Sequence record: MH051915
DNA: 64,000 nucleotides
Source of the DNA: Enterobacteria phage vB_EcoM_IME339
Strand: one strand, 5' to 3'
In this document: positions 29,600-38,986 of the stretch, piece by piece
Numbering within the stretch: the first letter of the stretch is position 1
Layout of the letters: every line of letters begins with the position of its first letter
Translations under genes and position numbers: made by a program
Notes under the pieces: generated by a model
The model's input: the letters and a program-made list of their open reading frames with translations, nothing else
Databases searched by the model: none
What the model was told of the DNA's origin: nothing

Positions 29600-30052
29600 A
29601 TGGCATATTCTGGAAAATGGGTTCCTAAAAATATATCAAAATATAGAGGTGACCCTAAAAAAATTACGTATAGATCAAATTGGGAAAAATTCTTTTTTGA
29701 ATGGTTAGATAAAAATCCAGAAATTATTGCATGGGGTAGTGAAACAGCAGTAATTCCTTATTTTTGTAATGCAGAAGGGAAAAAACGTAGATACTTCATG
29801 GATATTTGGATGAAAGATTCTTCTGGACAAGAATTTTTTATTGAAATAAAGCCTAAAAAAGAAACACAACCACCAGTTAAACCAGCACATCTAACAACTG
29901 CAGCGAAGAAAAGATTTATGAATGAAATTTATACATATTCCGTTAATACTGACAAATGGAAAGCAGCTCAAGCTTTAGCTGAAAAGCGTGGAATAAAATT
30001 TAGAATTCTAACAGAAGATGGATTAAGAGCTCTTGGCTTTAAGGGGGCATAA
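29600..30052 (+). CDS. 4: Head completion protein gp4
   Basis: 150 aa; late promoter TATAAATA 27 nt upstream; T4 order 4-2-3-1. Confidence 0.85.
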   Translation: MAYSGKWVPKNISKYRGDPKKITYRSNWEKFFFEWLDKNPEIIAWGSETAVIPYFCNAEGKKRRYFMDIWMKDSSGQEFFIEIKPKKETQPPVKPAHLTTAAKKRFMNEIYTYSVNTDKWKAAQALAEKRGIKFRILTEDGLRALGFKGA

Positions 30053-30876
30053 TGGCTATTTTTCAAATAATTAATGAAAGCACTCCCCAAGTTCCAAAGG
30101 TTAAGCAATCATTAAACGAAAAGAAATGGATTCAGATAGGTCTTGAATACAGAAAGGCCAAAGCAAAAGGAATGACAGGAAAGCAATTTGCTGAAGAAAG
30201 AGGAATCAAATACTCTACGTTTACTTCGGCAATGTCAAAATATGCTTCAGGAATTAAAACGGCTGAAAAGATTCAAAAGCTTGAATCAAAACCAATGAAT
30301 AAACTCAATAAGCAAGAAAGACAACTGCTTATGATAAATTCATTCAGGCAAACATTGCGTGATAAAATTCGTAATGAAGGTGCAGCAATTAATAATAAAA
30401 CCAAAAAGTGGTTTGCTGAAACTATTAAGCAGGTAAAAGGACATAAAGTTGTTCGCCCGCAGCCGGGACGAATATATGCTTTTGCTTACGATGCTAAACA
30501 CAAAGAAACTCTTCCTTATTGGGATAAATTTCCTTTGATAATTTACCTCGGTTTAGGTAAACACAATTTAATGTACGGATTGAACTTGCACTATATTCCA
30601 CCTAAAGCTCGTCAGCAATTTCTAGAAGAGCTTTTAAAGCAATATTCAAATACACCTACTATTACTAATAAAACGAAATTAAAAATTGATTGGAGTCAAG
30701 TGAAAGGATTTAGGGGTGCAGACCAAATGATTAAGGCATATATACCTGGTAATATTATGGGTAGCCTTGTTGAAATCGCCCCGAAAGACTGGGCGAACGT
30801 TGTATTAATGCCACTTCAGCAGTTCGTTTCAAAAGGAAAACGTTTCTCTGCAAACAAAGTCTGGTCAAATATCTAA
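30052..30876 (+). CDS. 2: DNA end protector protein gp2
   Basis: 274 aa, basic; overlapping start with gene 4 stop. Confidence 0.85.
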   Translation: MAIFQIINESTPQVPKVKQSLNEKKWIQIGLEYRKAKAKGMTGKQFAEERGIKYSTFTSAMSKYASGIKTAEKIQKLESKPMNKLNKQERQLLMINSFRQTLRDKIRNEGAAINNKTKKWFAETIKQVKGHKVVRPQPGRIYAFAYDAKHKETLPYWDKFPLIIYLGLGKHNLMYGLNLHYIPPKARQQFLEELLKQYSNTPTITNKTKLKIDWSQVKGFRGADQMIKAYIPGNIMGSLVEIAPKDWANVVLMPLQQFVSKGKRFSANKVWSNI

Positions 30877-30982
30877 TTCTATTATCTTCCATTCTTTTCT
30901 ATTGTTTGTTCTAATTGGAATTGAATGGAAGGGACTTAGACCCATTATACCACCAACATTTATGAAGCATTATGAGGAATAT

Positions 30983-31513
30983 ATGTCGCAAGCACTGCAA
31001 CAAATTTTTAACCAAGCAAATACAACTAACTTTGTAGTATCAATACCGCATAGTAATACTACATCTGCTTTTACTTTAAATGCTCAGTCAGTTCCTATTC
31101 CGGGAATTAGGATACCTGTTACTGATACCGTGACTGGGCCGTTTGGACTAGGCCGAGCACAACGTCCAGGTGTTACATTTGAGTACGACCCACTCATCGT
31201 GAGATTTATAGTTGATGAAGAGCTTAAGTCATGGATAGGAATGTATGAATGGATGCTAGGAACTAGTAACTATCTTACAGGCGAAAATACTGCCCAAAAA
31301 ACAGGTCCTGAATACATTACGCTTTACATTTTAGATAATAGTAAAACTGAAATCGTGATGTCAATAAATTTTTATAAGCCCTGGGTTTCTGACCTGTCTG
31401 AAGTAGAATTTAGCTACACAGAAGATTCAGACCCAGCCTTAGTATGCACAGCAACGATTCCTTATACGTATTTTCAAGTAGAAAAAGATGGAAAAATTAT
31501 AGCAGAAGTTTAA
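30983..31513 (+). CDS. 3: Tail completion / sheath stabiliser gp3
   Basis: Track ORF 203 aa; start moved to Met-28 (MSQALQQIFNQANTTNF, 176 aa), which has a GAGGA RBS and matches T4 gp3. Confidence 0.85.
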   Translation: MSQALQQIFNQANTTNFVVSIPHSNTTSAFTLNAQSVPIPGIRIPVTDTVTGPFGLGRAQRPGVTFEYDPLIVRFIVDEELKSWIGMYEWMLGTSNYLTGENTAQKTGPEYITLYILDNSKTEIVMSINFYKPWVSDLSEVEFSYTEDSDPALVCTATIPYTYFQVEKDGKIIAEV

Positions 31514-31562
31514 TGCTTCAGTTTCATGTGTTATAATCTTAACTAAATTTGAGGAGAAACAT

Positions 31563-32275
31563 ATGAAACTAATCTTTTTAAGTGGTGTAAAGCGTAGTGG
31601 AAAAGATACTACTGCAGATTTTATTATGAATAATTATTCTGCAGTTAAATATCAACTTGCTGGTCCTATTAAGGATGCATTGGCTTATGCATGGGGTGTA
31701 TTTGCAGCAAACACTGGCTATCCTTGTTTAACTCGTAAAGAGTTTGAAGGAATTGACTATGATCGTGAAACTAATTTAAATCTGACTAAATTAGAAGTAA
31801 TTACGATTATGGAACAAGCATTTTGCTATCTTAATAGTAAAAGCCCAATTAAAGGTGTGTTTGTTTTTGATGACGCAGTTAATTTCGTAGCATTTAACAA
31901 GATTGCTGACGTTATAAATAATATTGAAGATCAATGGTCAGTCCGTCGTCTGATGCAAGCCCTAGGTACGGATTTGATTGTTAATAACTTCGACCGCATG
32001 TATTGGGTAAAATTATTTGCTTTAGATTATCTTGATAAATTTAACTCAGGTTATGATTATTATATCGTTCCTGATACTCGTCAAGATCATGAAATGGATG
32101 CGGCTAGGGCGATGGGTGCTACAGTAATTCATGTAGTTCGTCCTGGTCAAAAATCCAATGATACTCATATTACAGAAGCTGGATTGCCAATTCGTGATGG
32201 CGATTTAGTAATTACAAACGATGGTTCTCTTGAAGAACTTTTTTCTAAAATTAAAAATACACTAAAGGTACTATA

Positions 32276-32276
<1 letters not shown>
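31563..32276 (+). CDS. 1: Deoxynucleoside monophosphate kinase gp1
   Basis: 237 aa; P-loop GVKRSGKDT; position before 57A. Confidence 0.88.
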
Positions 32277-33016
<740 letters not shown>

Positions 33017-33045
33017 ATCTCATCAAAATTAATTAGGAAAATAAA

Positions 33046-33333
33046 ATGAAAACTTTCAAAGAATTTACTACAAAAACTACCCCGGTTTCTACTATTACTG
33101 AAGCTACTCTTACTTCTGAAGTTATTAAAGCAAATAAAGGACGAGAAGGTAAACCAATGATTAGTCTGGTTGATGGCGAAGAAATCAAAGGTACTGTTTA
33201 CCTAGGTGATGGGTGGTCTGCTAAAAAGGATGGTGCTACAATCATTATCTCTCCTGCTGAAGAAACTGCGTTGTTTAAAGCTAAACACATTTCTGCGGCA
33301 CATCTCAAGATTATTGCTAAAAATCTTTTGTAA
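33046..33333 (+). CDS. ipI: Internal protein I (IPI; capsid-packaged GmrSD inhibitor)
   Basis: 95 aa; N-terminal capsid targeting sequence MKTFKEFTT...ITE|A; early promoter upstream. Confidence 0.85.
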   Translation: MKTFKEFTTKTTPVSTITEATLTSEVIKANKGREGKPMISLVDGEEIKGTVYLGDGWSAKKDGATIIISPAEETALFKAKHISAAHLKIIAKNLL

Positions 33334-33336
33334 TAA

Positions 33337-33382
33337 ATATTTCACAAAGTTGTTTACATAGGGTTTTAGTTGTGATACTATT
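33337..33382 (+). promoter_or_regulatory. T4 early promoter
   Basis: GTTTAC -35 and TGTGATACTAT extended -10. Confidence 0.6.
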
Positions 33383-33409
33383 ACCCTATCAACTACCGAG
33401 GAGAATAAA

Positions 33410-33595
33410 ATGAAACGTTGTGAATTAATTAGAAATGTTGCTATTGCAATTTCTGCTTCTGCTTTTAGTTTTTCAATGTTTGTTGGATTTATATGTGGAT
33501 TATTAACTACAGCAGAAAATGTGTTTTCACTTGTAGTAGCATTTTTAATTGGTTTAATTGCTATCGTTATGGATAAAATTTCTAAAGGTGAATAG
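33410..33595 (+). CDS. Small hydrophobic membrane protein (hypothetical)
   Basis: 61 aa, two predicted transmembrane helices; early promoter 33337-33382 and AGGAG RBS upstream. Confidence 0.5.
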   Translation: MKRCELIRNVAIAISASAFSFSMFVGFICGLLTTAENVFSLVVAFLIGLIAIVMDKISKGE

Positions 33596-33596
33596 A

Positions 33597-33980
33597 ATGT
33601 ATAAAGTGTATGCGGATTATCAGGCTAATCCATCTGAAAAGCCAGGTTGTCAAATTGGATGGGCTCATGATACTTTGCTTGAAGCAGTAGATGCTGCTCA
33701 AAAATTAGGATATAAATATGTAGAGATTGTTCAACTACCATCAGGAAAAGTTATTACTCTTGAAGAGTTCAATAATATTAAACCAAACTTTTTACTTTTT
33801 GCAGGTGATAATTATTATCCTCGCGGTGGATATGCTGATTTAATCGCGAAAGCCGCTACCGAAGATGAACTCCGTGATATTATCAAAGAAAATGAAAACA
33901 AACCGATGTATGGTTCTAATCGCTTTGATTGGTGGCAAATCGTAAATGCCCATACTCATACTATTGTTGATGAAGGTTGA
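33597..33980 (+). CDS. Hypothetical protein
   Basis: Track start 33558 is TTG; moved to ATG 33597 (MYKVYADYQ) with AAAGGTG RBS. Confidence 0.6.
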   Translation: MYKVYADYQANPSEKPGCQIGWAHDTLLEAVDAAQKLGYKYVEIVQLPSGKVITLEEFNNIKPNFLLFAGDNYYPRGGYADLIAKAATEDELRDIIKENENKPMYGSNRFDWWQIVNAHTHTIVDEG

Positions 33981-33982
33981 TA

Positions 33983-34270
33983 ATGATTCTTTACGCGAAA
34001 GTATCATCCATTGAAAATGGATATAAATATGATCAAGAAGCAGCTAAATCCTTGATTGATGATTATGGCATTTTAACATATTTTGAAGTTGAAAAGGTTT
34101 ACATTGACCGTTCATCTTCTCAGGTTAAATTAGTAAAGGAAGACCGTAAATTTAACACAGTTAACTTTGATTTCTTTATTGAAACAGAAAAAGGTCCTCT
34201 TGAATATGATATTTTCAAGAATCCTTTGGGTCTTGAATGCATCGTAAATATGTATCACCATAAATGGTAA
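33983..34270 (+). CDS. Hypothetical protein
   Basis: Track start 33977 is TTG; moved to ATG 33983 with GAAGG RBS; 95 aa. Confidence 0.55.
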   Translation: MILYAKVSSIENGYKYDQEAAKSLIDDYGILTYFEVEKVYIDRSSSQVKLVKEDRKFNTVNFDFFIETEKGPLEYDIFKNPLGLECIVNMYHHKW

Positions 34271-34367
34271 ATATGCTTTAAGAATTATTTGTTATTATTA
34301 ACTCATACCGCACTGATTAATACCCTCTATCACCAAGGGCTCTTATTTGAGAGCCTTTGTTAATAAT

Positions 34368-34440
34368 TGGGAATTAGCCAAGTTGGTAAGGCACTGGATT
34401 TTGATTCCAGGATGCAAAGGTTCGAGTCCTTTATTCCCAG
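34368..34440 (+). tRNA. tRNA-Gln (anticodon UUG)
   Basis: Hand-folded cloverleaf: acceptor TGGGAAT/ATTCCCA, anticodon loop TTTTGAT, T-loop GGTTCGAGTCC; no encoded CCA. Confidence 0.85.
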
Positions 34441-34441
34441 C

Positions 34442-34528
34442 GCGAGAATGGTCAAATTGGTAAAGGCACAGCACTTAAAATGCTGCGGAATGATTTCCTT
34501 GTGGGTTCGAGTCCCACTTCTCGCACCA
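34442..34528 (+). tRNA. tRNA-Leu (anticodon UAA)
   Basis: Acceptor GCGAGAA/TTCTCGC, anticodon loop CTTAAAA, long variable arm, encoded CCA. Confidence 0.85.
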
Positions 34529-34533
34529 AATTT

Positions 34534-34607
<74 letters not shown>

Positions 34608-34617
34608 ATTTAATTTA

Positions 34618-34691
34618 CTCCGTGTAGCTCAGTTTGGTAGAGCGCCTGATTTGGGATCAGGAGGTCCAAGGTTCAAATCCTTGTATGGAGA
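34618..34691 (+). tRNA. tRNA-Pro (anticodon UGG)
   Basis: Anticodon loop TTTGGGA, T-arm CAAGG-TTCAAAT-CCTTG; acceptor stem has two G-U pairs, so boundaries are +/-2 nt. Confidence 0.75.
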
Positions 34692-34693
34692 CT

Positions 34694-34783
34694 GGAGGCG
34701 TGGCAGAGTGGTTTAATGCACCGGTCTTGAAAACCGGCAGTCGCTCCGGCGACTCATAGGTTCAAATCCTATCGCCTCCGCCA
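34694..34783 (+). tRNA. tRNA-Ser (anticodon UGA)
   Basis: Acceptor GGAGGCG/CGCCTCC, anticodon loop CTTGAAA, long variable arm, encoded CCA. Confidence 0.85.
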
Positions 34784-34788
34784 GTTTT

Positions 34789-34864
34789 GCTGATTTAGCT
34801 CAGTAGGTAGAGCAACTCACTTGTAATGAGAAGGTCGGCGGTTCGATTCCGTCAATCAGCACCA
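34789..34864 (+). tRNA. tRNA-Thr (anticodon UGU)
   Basis: Acceptor GCTGATT/AATCAGC, anticodon loop CTTGTAA, encoded CCA. Confidence 0.85.
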
Positions 34865-34865
34865 A

Positions 34866-34940
34866 GGCCCTGTAGCTGGAAGGTTCAAGCAAGCGACTCA
34901 TAATCGCCAGATGGTGGTTCAATTCCACCCAGGGCCACCA
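34866..34940 (+). tRNA. tRNA-Ile (anticodon CAU, presumably lysidine-modified to read AUA)
   Basis: Acceptor GGCCCTG/CAGGGCC, anticodon loop CTCATAA, encoded CCA; T4 tRNA-Ile has a CAU anticodon. Confidence 0.8.
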
Positions 34941-34953
34941 AATTAAGAATTAA

Positions 34954-35040
34954 GGGGAGTTATCCCGTAGAGGTAGCGGTGTGGACTGTAAATTCATTGT
35001 CATTGCGACTCGGGTGGTTCGACTCCCATCGGTCCCCCCC
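34954..35040 (+). ncRNA. Candidate small structured RNA between tRNA-Ile and tRNA-Arg (possibly stable-RNA species 1/2-like or a degenerate tRNA)
   Basis: GGGGAGT at the 5' end can pair with ACTCCC near the 3' end; contains GGTTCGACTCC T-loop-like motif and a C7 run; no canonical cloverleaf could be folded by hand. Confidence 0.25.
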
Positions 35041-35045
35041 AATTA

Positions 35046-35121
35046 CGGGGCATAGCTCAGAAGGAAGAGCAAGGACCTTCTAAGTCCTAGGTCGTAGGTT
35101 CGATCCCTACTGCCTCGACCA
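35046..35121 (+). tRNA. tRNA-Arg (anticodon UCU)
   Basis: Acceptor CGGGGCA/TGCCTCG (one G-U), anticodon loop CTTCTAA, T-arm GTAGG-TTCGATC-CCTAC, encoded CCA. Confidence 0.8.
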
Positions 35122-35137
35122 ATTAAGTGAGGAAAAT

Positions 35138-35488
35138 ATGAAAGGTAATGTTTATTTAGTAGTTCATGATTTAACATTTTATTTTAATCACAATGACACT
35201 GTTATTTCTGAACGTGTAATTAATTTGCTTTATCAACATGCGGATTATGTTTATGTCGAAAACGAATATGGTCATTGGCAATTTCTCAAAAATCGTTCAT
35301 TTGGCTTAGATGGTTACGAATACTTTGAACGTAAAGACCTTTTAGATAAAATTTCGTTATCTACGCAATATCAAAATCACAAGTCTTTACACAAATGCCG
35401 ACTAATTCGAAATGCTGAATCTGCGTATGAAGCAATTGATTTATGGCGTAAACGCCGTGAACAGATTGATGCTTTAAAAGAATATTAA
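35138..35488 (+). CDS. Hypothetical protein
   Basis: 116 aa ORF immediately after tRNA-Arg with GAGGAAAATATG RBS. Confidence 0.6.
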   Translation: MKGNVYLVVHDLTFYFNHNDTVISERVINLLYQHADYVYVENEYGHWQFLKNRSFGLDGYEYFERKDLLDKISLSTQYQNHKSLHKCRLIRNAESAYEAIDLWRKRREQIDALKEY

Positions 35489-35827
35489 GAAACCGGGTCG
35501 CTACCGGTAAGTCGTCGGACTGATGTTCCCTGGGTAAGGACTGGCATTAACAAATCTTTACGATCTGTTAATGTCCCCTTACATCACAGCAGAAACGGCG
35601 CACAGAATTATCGATTCGAGGAAATATCTTTGCCGTAAGCCGAGTAGCGTTTTTGACGGAACGTTCGGATATGGTCGAGATATGGCCTTTTAAAAATATT
35701 GAGTAGCGTCAACTGCTTAATAACCGGGTTCGAATCCCGGCGTTTCGTACAAACACTTGCCTTAGCAGGTGGAACCCCGACAAGGTTGCCGCAAGGCTTA
35801 GCCCCGACCGAAAGGTTGGGGCTTTTT
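35489..35827 (+). ncRNA. ORF-free structured region; candidate non-coding RNA(s) ending in an intrinsic terminator
   Basis: No ORF of 60 aa or more on either strand; local hairpins (ACCGG-7nt-CCGGT at 35492-35508); canonical tRNA T-arm CCGGG-TTCGAAT-CCCGG at ~35724-35740; duplicated GAGTAGCGT motif; terminator 35801-35827. Confidence 0.3.
35801..35827 (+). terminator. Rho-independent terminator
   Basis: GCCCCGACC-GAAA-GGTTGGGGC stem-loop followed by TTTTT. Confidence 0.75.
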
Positions 35828-35829
35828 AG

Positions 35830-35837
35830 TATAAATA
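35830..35837 (+). promoter_or_regulatory. T4-type late promoter (TATAAATA) for the internal-protein-like gene
   Basis: Exact TATAAATA ~40 nt upstream of ATG 35878. Confidence 0.6.
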
Positions 35838-35877
35838 TAGTAGTATATTAAATCCACGAATTAAAACAGGAAATAAG

Positions 35878-36351
35878 ATGAAATCATATGCTCAATTTTT
35901 AAATGAAGCGGTGTTAAATGAAGCATCTAGCACCGAAATTCAAGCTGTCGCAAAAGCAGCCATTGCAGCGGGTAAATATTCCTATAAAGATGCTTCTGAC
36001 GAATCACGATTCCAATTTGCTCGCGACATGAAAGCAGAAGGATTTACGGGAAATGCAGTTAGTATGGCCTGGAAAAGTTTAGTTGCTACTGGCGCTGCTT
36101 TTGCAAAGGCTTCGGGTAAACCTGCTCCTAAAGCAGATCCTAAAGCTGCACAAGAAAAAAATATCGTTAAAGGAATTATCTCTAAATATGAAGCTATCCT
36201 TAAAGAGCTTTTAGTAATCAAAACCGAAGGCCAAAAGCTAGCCCGTGCTTATAGTTTCAAAGATAATCCGCATGTTCACTCTCTTGAGTATGTTGAAGAC
36301 ATCCAAAAAATTATTAAAGACCGCATTTGGTCTGCTAAACAAATCAAATAA
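35878..36351 (+). CDS. Internal-protein-like capsid-targeted protein (IPII/IPIII-type leader), function unknown
   Basis: 157 aa; N-terminus MKSYAQFLNE|A matches the T4 capsid targeting sequence and gp21 cleavage motif (L-x-E); Ala/Lys-rich; late promoter upstream; terminator downstream. Confidence 0.75.
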   Translation: MKSYAQFLNEAVLNEASSTEIQAVAKAAIAAGKYSYKDASDESRFQFARDMKAEGFTGNAVSMAWKSLVATGAAFAKASGKPAPKADPKAAQEKNIVKGIISKYEAILKELLVIKTEGQKLARAYSFKDNPHVHSLEYVEDIQKIIKDRIWSAKQIK

Positions 36352-36358
36352 CATTCTT

Positions 36359-36386
36359 AACCCCAGCCGAAAGGTTGGGGCTTTTT
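36359..36386 (+). terminator. Rho-independent terminator
   Basis: CCCCAGCC-GAAA-GGTTGGGG stem-loop plus TTTTT; near-duplicate of the terminator at 35801. Confidence 0.75.
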
Positions 36387-36504
36387 GGTATCTAGGCCTT
36401 TCTGGACCTCTCTAGTCATCATTTGGTTTATACCCTTTATAATATATTATCCTATCTTTTAATTGCCCCTCCCTGCCCTAGAATTCCCTAAAACTTTTTA
36501 AAAA

Positions 36505-36552
36505 ATTTTTCACAAAACGGTTTACATCTCTGTTCTTCCATGGTACTATACA
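36505..36552 (+). promoter_or_regulatory. T4 early promoter (-35 GTTTAC, extended -10 TGGTACTATAC) with AT-rich UP element
   Basis: Matches T-even early promoter consensus; block nearly identical to those at 51660 and 53105. Confidence 0.7.
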
Positions 36553-36592
36553 ACTATCAACTACTGATACAGAAAACAACTTGGAGAATGAA

Positions 36593-36856
36593 ATGGATAA
36601 TTACGGCGAACTGTTCAACTTCTTTATGAAATGCGTTTCAGAAGATTTCGGTCGTACAGTGAATGATATTAAAGTTATCGGTCCTGATCATCCGATGTTT
36701 GAAACTTACGCAGTAATGGGTAATGAAGATGGTCAGTGGTATACTGTAAAGGTTGTGATTAACATGTTTACAGCAGAAGGTTATGTTAAACTGTCTTCTA
36801 AAGTTTACCACGATAACGACGAAATCGCAGAAGAATATTTCAATAATATGAAATAA
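36593..36856 (+). CDS. Hypothetical protein
   Basis: Track start 36581 is TTG; moved to ATG 36593 (MDNYGELF) with GGAGA RBS; 87 aa. Confidence 0.55.
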   Translation: MDNYGELFNFFMKCVSEDFGRTVNDIKVIGPDHPMFETYAVMGNEDGQWYTVKVVINMFTAEGYVKLSSKVYHDNDEIAEEYFNNMK

Positions 36857-36911
36857 GTTTACACAGGCTCATGATTGAGATATTATGAGCCTGTAACTTG
36901 AGGAGAACATA

Positions 36912-37310
36912 ATGAATATTGAAGATAAAGAAATGCGAGAGTTATATAATTCATTAACACCCGAACAACAAAAAGCTGCCAAAGAATTAGAGAAAGCTCT
37001 TAGTTTAAGCTTGACAAAAACTGATTGGGCCGCCGTGTATGAAGAAAAAATGAGGTCTGAAAATGAAGCTATCGAGAGAAATGAATGGATTGTAAACACC
37101 AAGATTAGTTCTGATGGCTGCTCTGTTGAGGTGTCAGCTGTAGTTAAAGGTACTCATGGCGAAGAATCATGGGGCTGGCATAATGAGGCAAACAAATATA
37201 TTGTTCTCTCAACGTCAAAAACTTATGGTCAAAAGGTTCCTGTATCCAAAGCTATTATTAAGCAAGCTCAATGGGAAGCCAATGAAATCTGTCTCGCAAA
37301 AATGAAATAA
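36912..37310 (+). CDS. Hypothetical protein
   Basis: 132 aa; GAGGAGAACATAATG RBS. Confidence 0.55.
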   Translation: MNIEDKEMRELYNSLTPEQQKAAKELEKALSLSLTKTDWAAVYEEKMRSENEAIERNEWIVNTKISSDGCSVEVSAVVKGTHGEESWGWHNEANKYIVLSTSKTYGQKVPVSKAIIKQAQWEANEICLAKMK

Positions 37311-37384
37311 CATGTTTACATTTCTCAAATAACAGGATATAATTCTACACGGATTTTAAATCTTAATCAACCTAAGGAAATATT

Positions 37385-37978
37385 ATGAACACACTGAAGA
37401 AAATTGTTGAGTTTATTCGCACTAAACTTGGTTCTGCTATGGCTAAAAATCTATCTGTCGAAGAACAGTATACTGCTGCAGCAGCAAAACTACTTGATAA
37501 AATTAAAGATCTAAAAACTGCTTCTGTTAAATCTATTAATGAAGAAAAACGTATTCGTGAACTTATTGTCGAAAAGAATCGACAGGCTGAATCAAAAGAG
37601 CGTGAAATTCGTAAACTTCTTTCCGAAGGTCAAGATGTAACAATGCACGCTAAACTCGGCTTGCTATATCGTCGAACGGCTGAGCAGTTGACTACTAAGG
37701 CTGACGGTTATGCTGAAATGCGAATTGAAATCGCTAAGAAAGTAGTTGAGTTAGATGATGCTCGTCAAGAACTTGCAGTTAAATTGGAATATATCCGTGA
37801 AACTCGTGCAGCAAATGCCCTTGGAATTAGTACTGCAGATGATGTAGTTGAAATCGCAGCGCTGACTAAGGTTGATATTGAAGATACCCTTGCTCGAGTT
37901 GAAACCTTTAACGGTAATATTTCCGGGGTTGAAACTACCTCTGCCGATGTCCAGGAATATATTAATTCTCTGAAATAA
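37385..37978 (+). CDS. Coiled-coil protein with weak PspA/IM30-like character (hypothetical)
   Basis: 197 aa, heptad-rich; segments such as DTLARVETF resemble PspA by eye only; early promoter at ~37310-37345. Confidence 0.5.
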   Translation: MNTLKKIVEFIRTKLGSAMAKNLSVEEQYTAAAAKLLDKIKDLKTASVKSINEEKRIRELIVEKNRQAESKEREIRKLLSEGQDVTMHAKLGLLYRRTAEQLTTKADGYAEMRIEIAKKVVELDDARQELAVKLEYIRETRAANALGISTADDVVEIAALTKVDIEDTLARVETFNGNISGVETTSADVQEYINSLK

Positions 37979-38019
37979 TGATAAGGGGCTTCGGCCCCTA
38001 TTACTTGGAGTAAATAGGA

Positions 38020-38625
38020 ATGAAAATGCAAAGTGATTTCAATTCAATGTTTGAAGAGTTCCAAAGACAGGTTGATGTTCCAGACCAATTACTAAATGCT
38101 CTTAAACGTATGGCAGAAGGACGTAATTATTATTGGGGGTCTTCATATGAAACTGATGAAAGTCTTTCTGGATTTTATAAAGGTAAAAAGTCTTTAATAC
38201 GTCCTGGAATACTTATTAAAAGTATTGAATCAATTCATTCATTGACATGTGATTTTGATGTTGAATTTACTGATTTCATTTCTCCTGAATGGACAGTTTG
38301 TTATTTAAATGACGATTATGATTATCTTGGCGTTTATAGTTTAAGTGACGCATGGTTTAAACGTAATTTACAAAAGTCAAATTTGTTCTATATTGATACT
38401 ACGGTAAAATTTCAGGGAAAGAAATATTTCTTTACTCTTATAGTTGATTCTGAAACAAAGCATGAAAATAAACGTATTCTTAGCAAAAAGAATATCTTAA
38501 CTATTGTTGATGATCTTTTTGATAAATTCGTGGAAAATCCTAATTTTGAAAGCGATTTATTATTAGAAAAATTTGTTAAGGAATGTAGAGAATATGTCAA
38601 AGCCATCACTATACCTTCCAAGTAA
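38020..38625 (+). CDS. Hypothetical protein
   Basis: 201 aa; hairpin terminator-like element upstream; C-terminus shares the FVKECR junction motif with the next three ORFs. Confidence 0.55.
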   Translation: MKMQSDFNSMFEEFQRQVDVPDQLLNALKRMAEGRNYYWGSSYETDESLSGFYKGKKSLIRPGILIKSIESIHSLTCDFDVEFTDFISPEWTVCYLNDDYDYLGVYSLSDAWFKRNLQKSNLFYIDTTVKFQGKKYFFTLIVDSETKHENKRILSKKNILTIVDDLFDKFVENPNFESDLLLEKFVKECREYVKAITIPSK

Positions 38626-38986
38626 ACCTGTGAAGTATGAATTAAAGCGCCAGCTAATTTCTACTGATGTATTAATAGGTCCTGTTATACTCATATCATT
38701 TGTAATTCTATTGATTATTGGAGGTGTTTTAGATGTTATGACTGATATTGATTCTGGCGAAATACTTGTGTTAATGCTAATTCTTCCATTAATAGTTCCA
38801 CTTTTATTAGTACCTGTAAATTGGATAGGATATTGGTATCAAGGAAGACATTATCGTAAACGTGTACGTGATTGGAAAGCACAGTGTAAAAAGATTAAAA
38901 AGGAACACCAGCTTAAACTTGTTGAGTATGAATTTAATGAAATTATGAAATTTGTTAAGGAATCACGATGCAAAAGCCAAAACTAA
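38594..38986 (+). CDS. Small membrane protein (hypothetical), paralogue family member
   Basis: Track start 38573 is TTG; moved to ATG 38594; two transmembrane helices then a basic tail; C-terminal FVKESR motif. Confidence 0.5.
   Translation: MSKPSLYLPSKPVKYELKRQLISTDVLIGPVILISFVILLIIGGVLDVMTDIDSGEILVLMLILPLIVPLLLVPVNWIGYWYQGRHYRKRVRDWKAQCKKIKKEHQLKLVEYEFNEIMKFVKESRCKSQN

Noticed and set aside
34296-34360. Hairpin GGCTCT...AGAGCC upstream of tRNA-Gln as a terminator or promoter
   Set aside because: No adjacent U-run and no recognisable -35/-10 elements; function cannot be supported from sequence alone.
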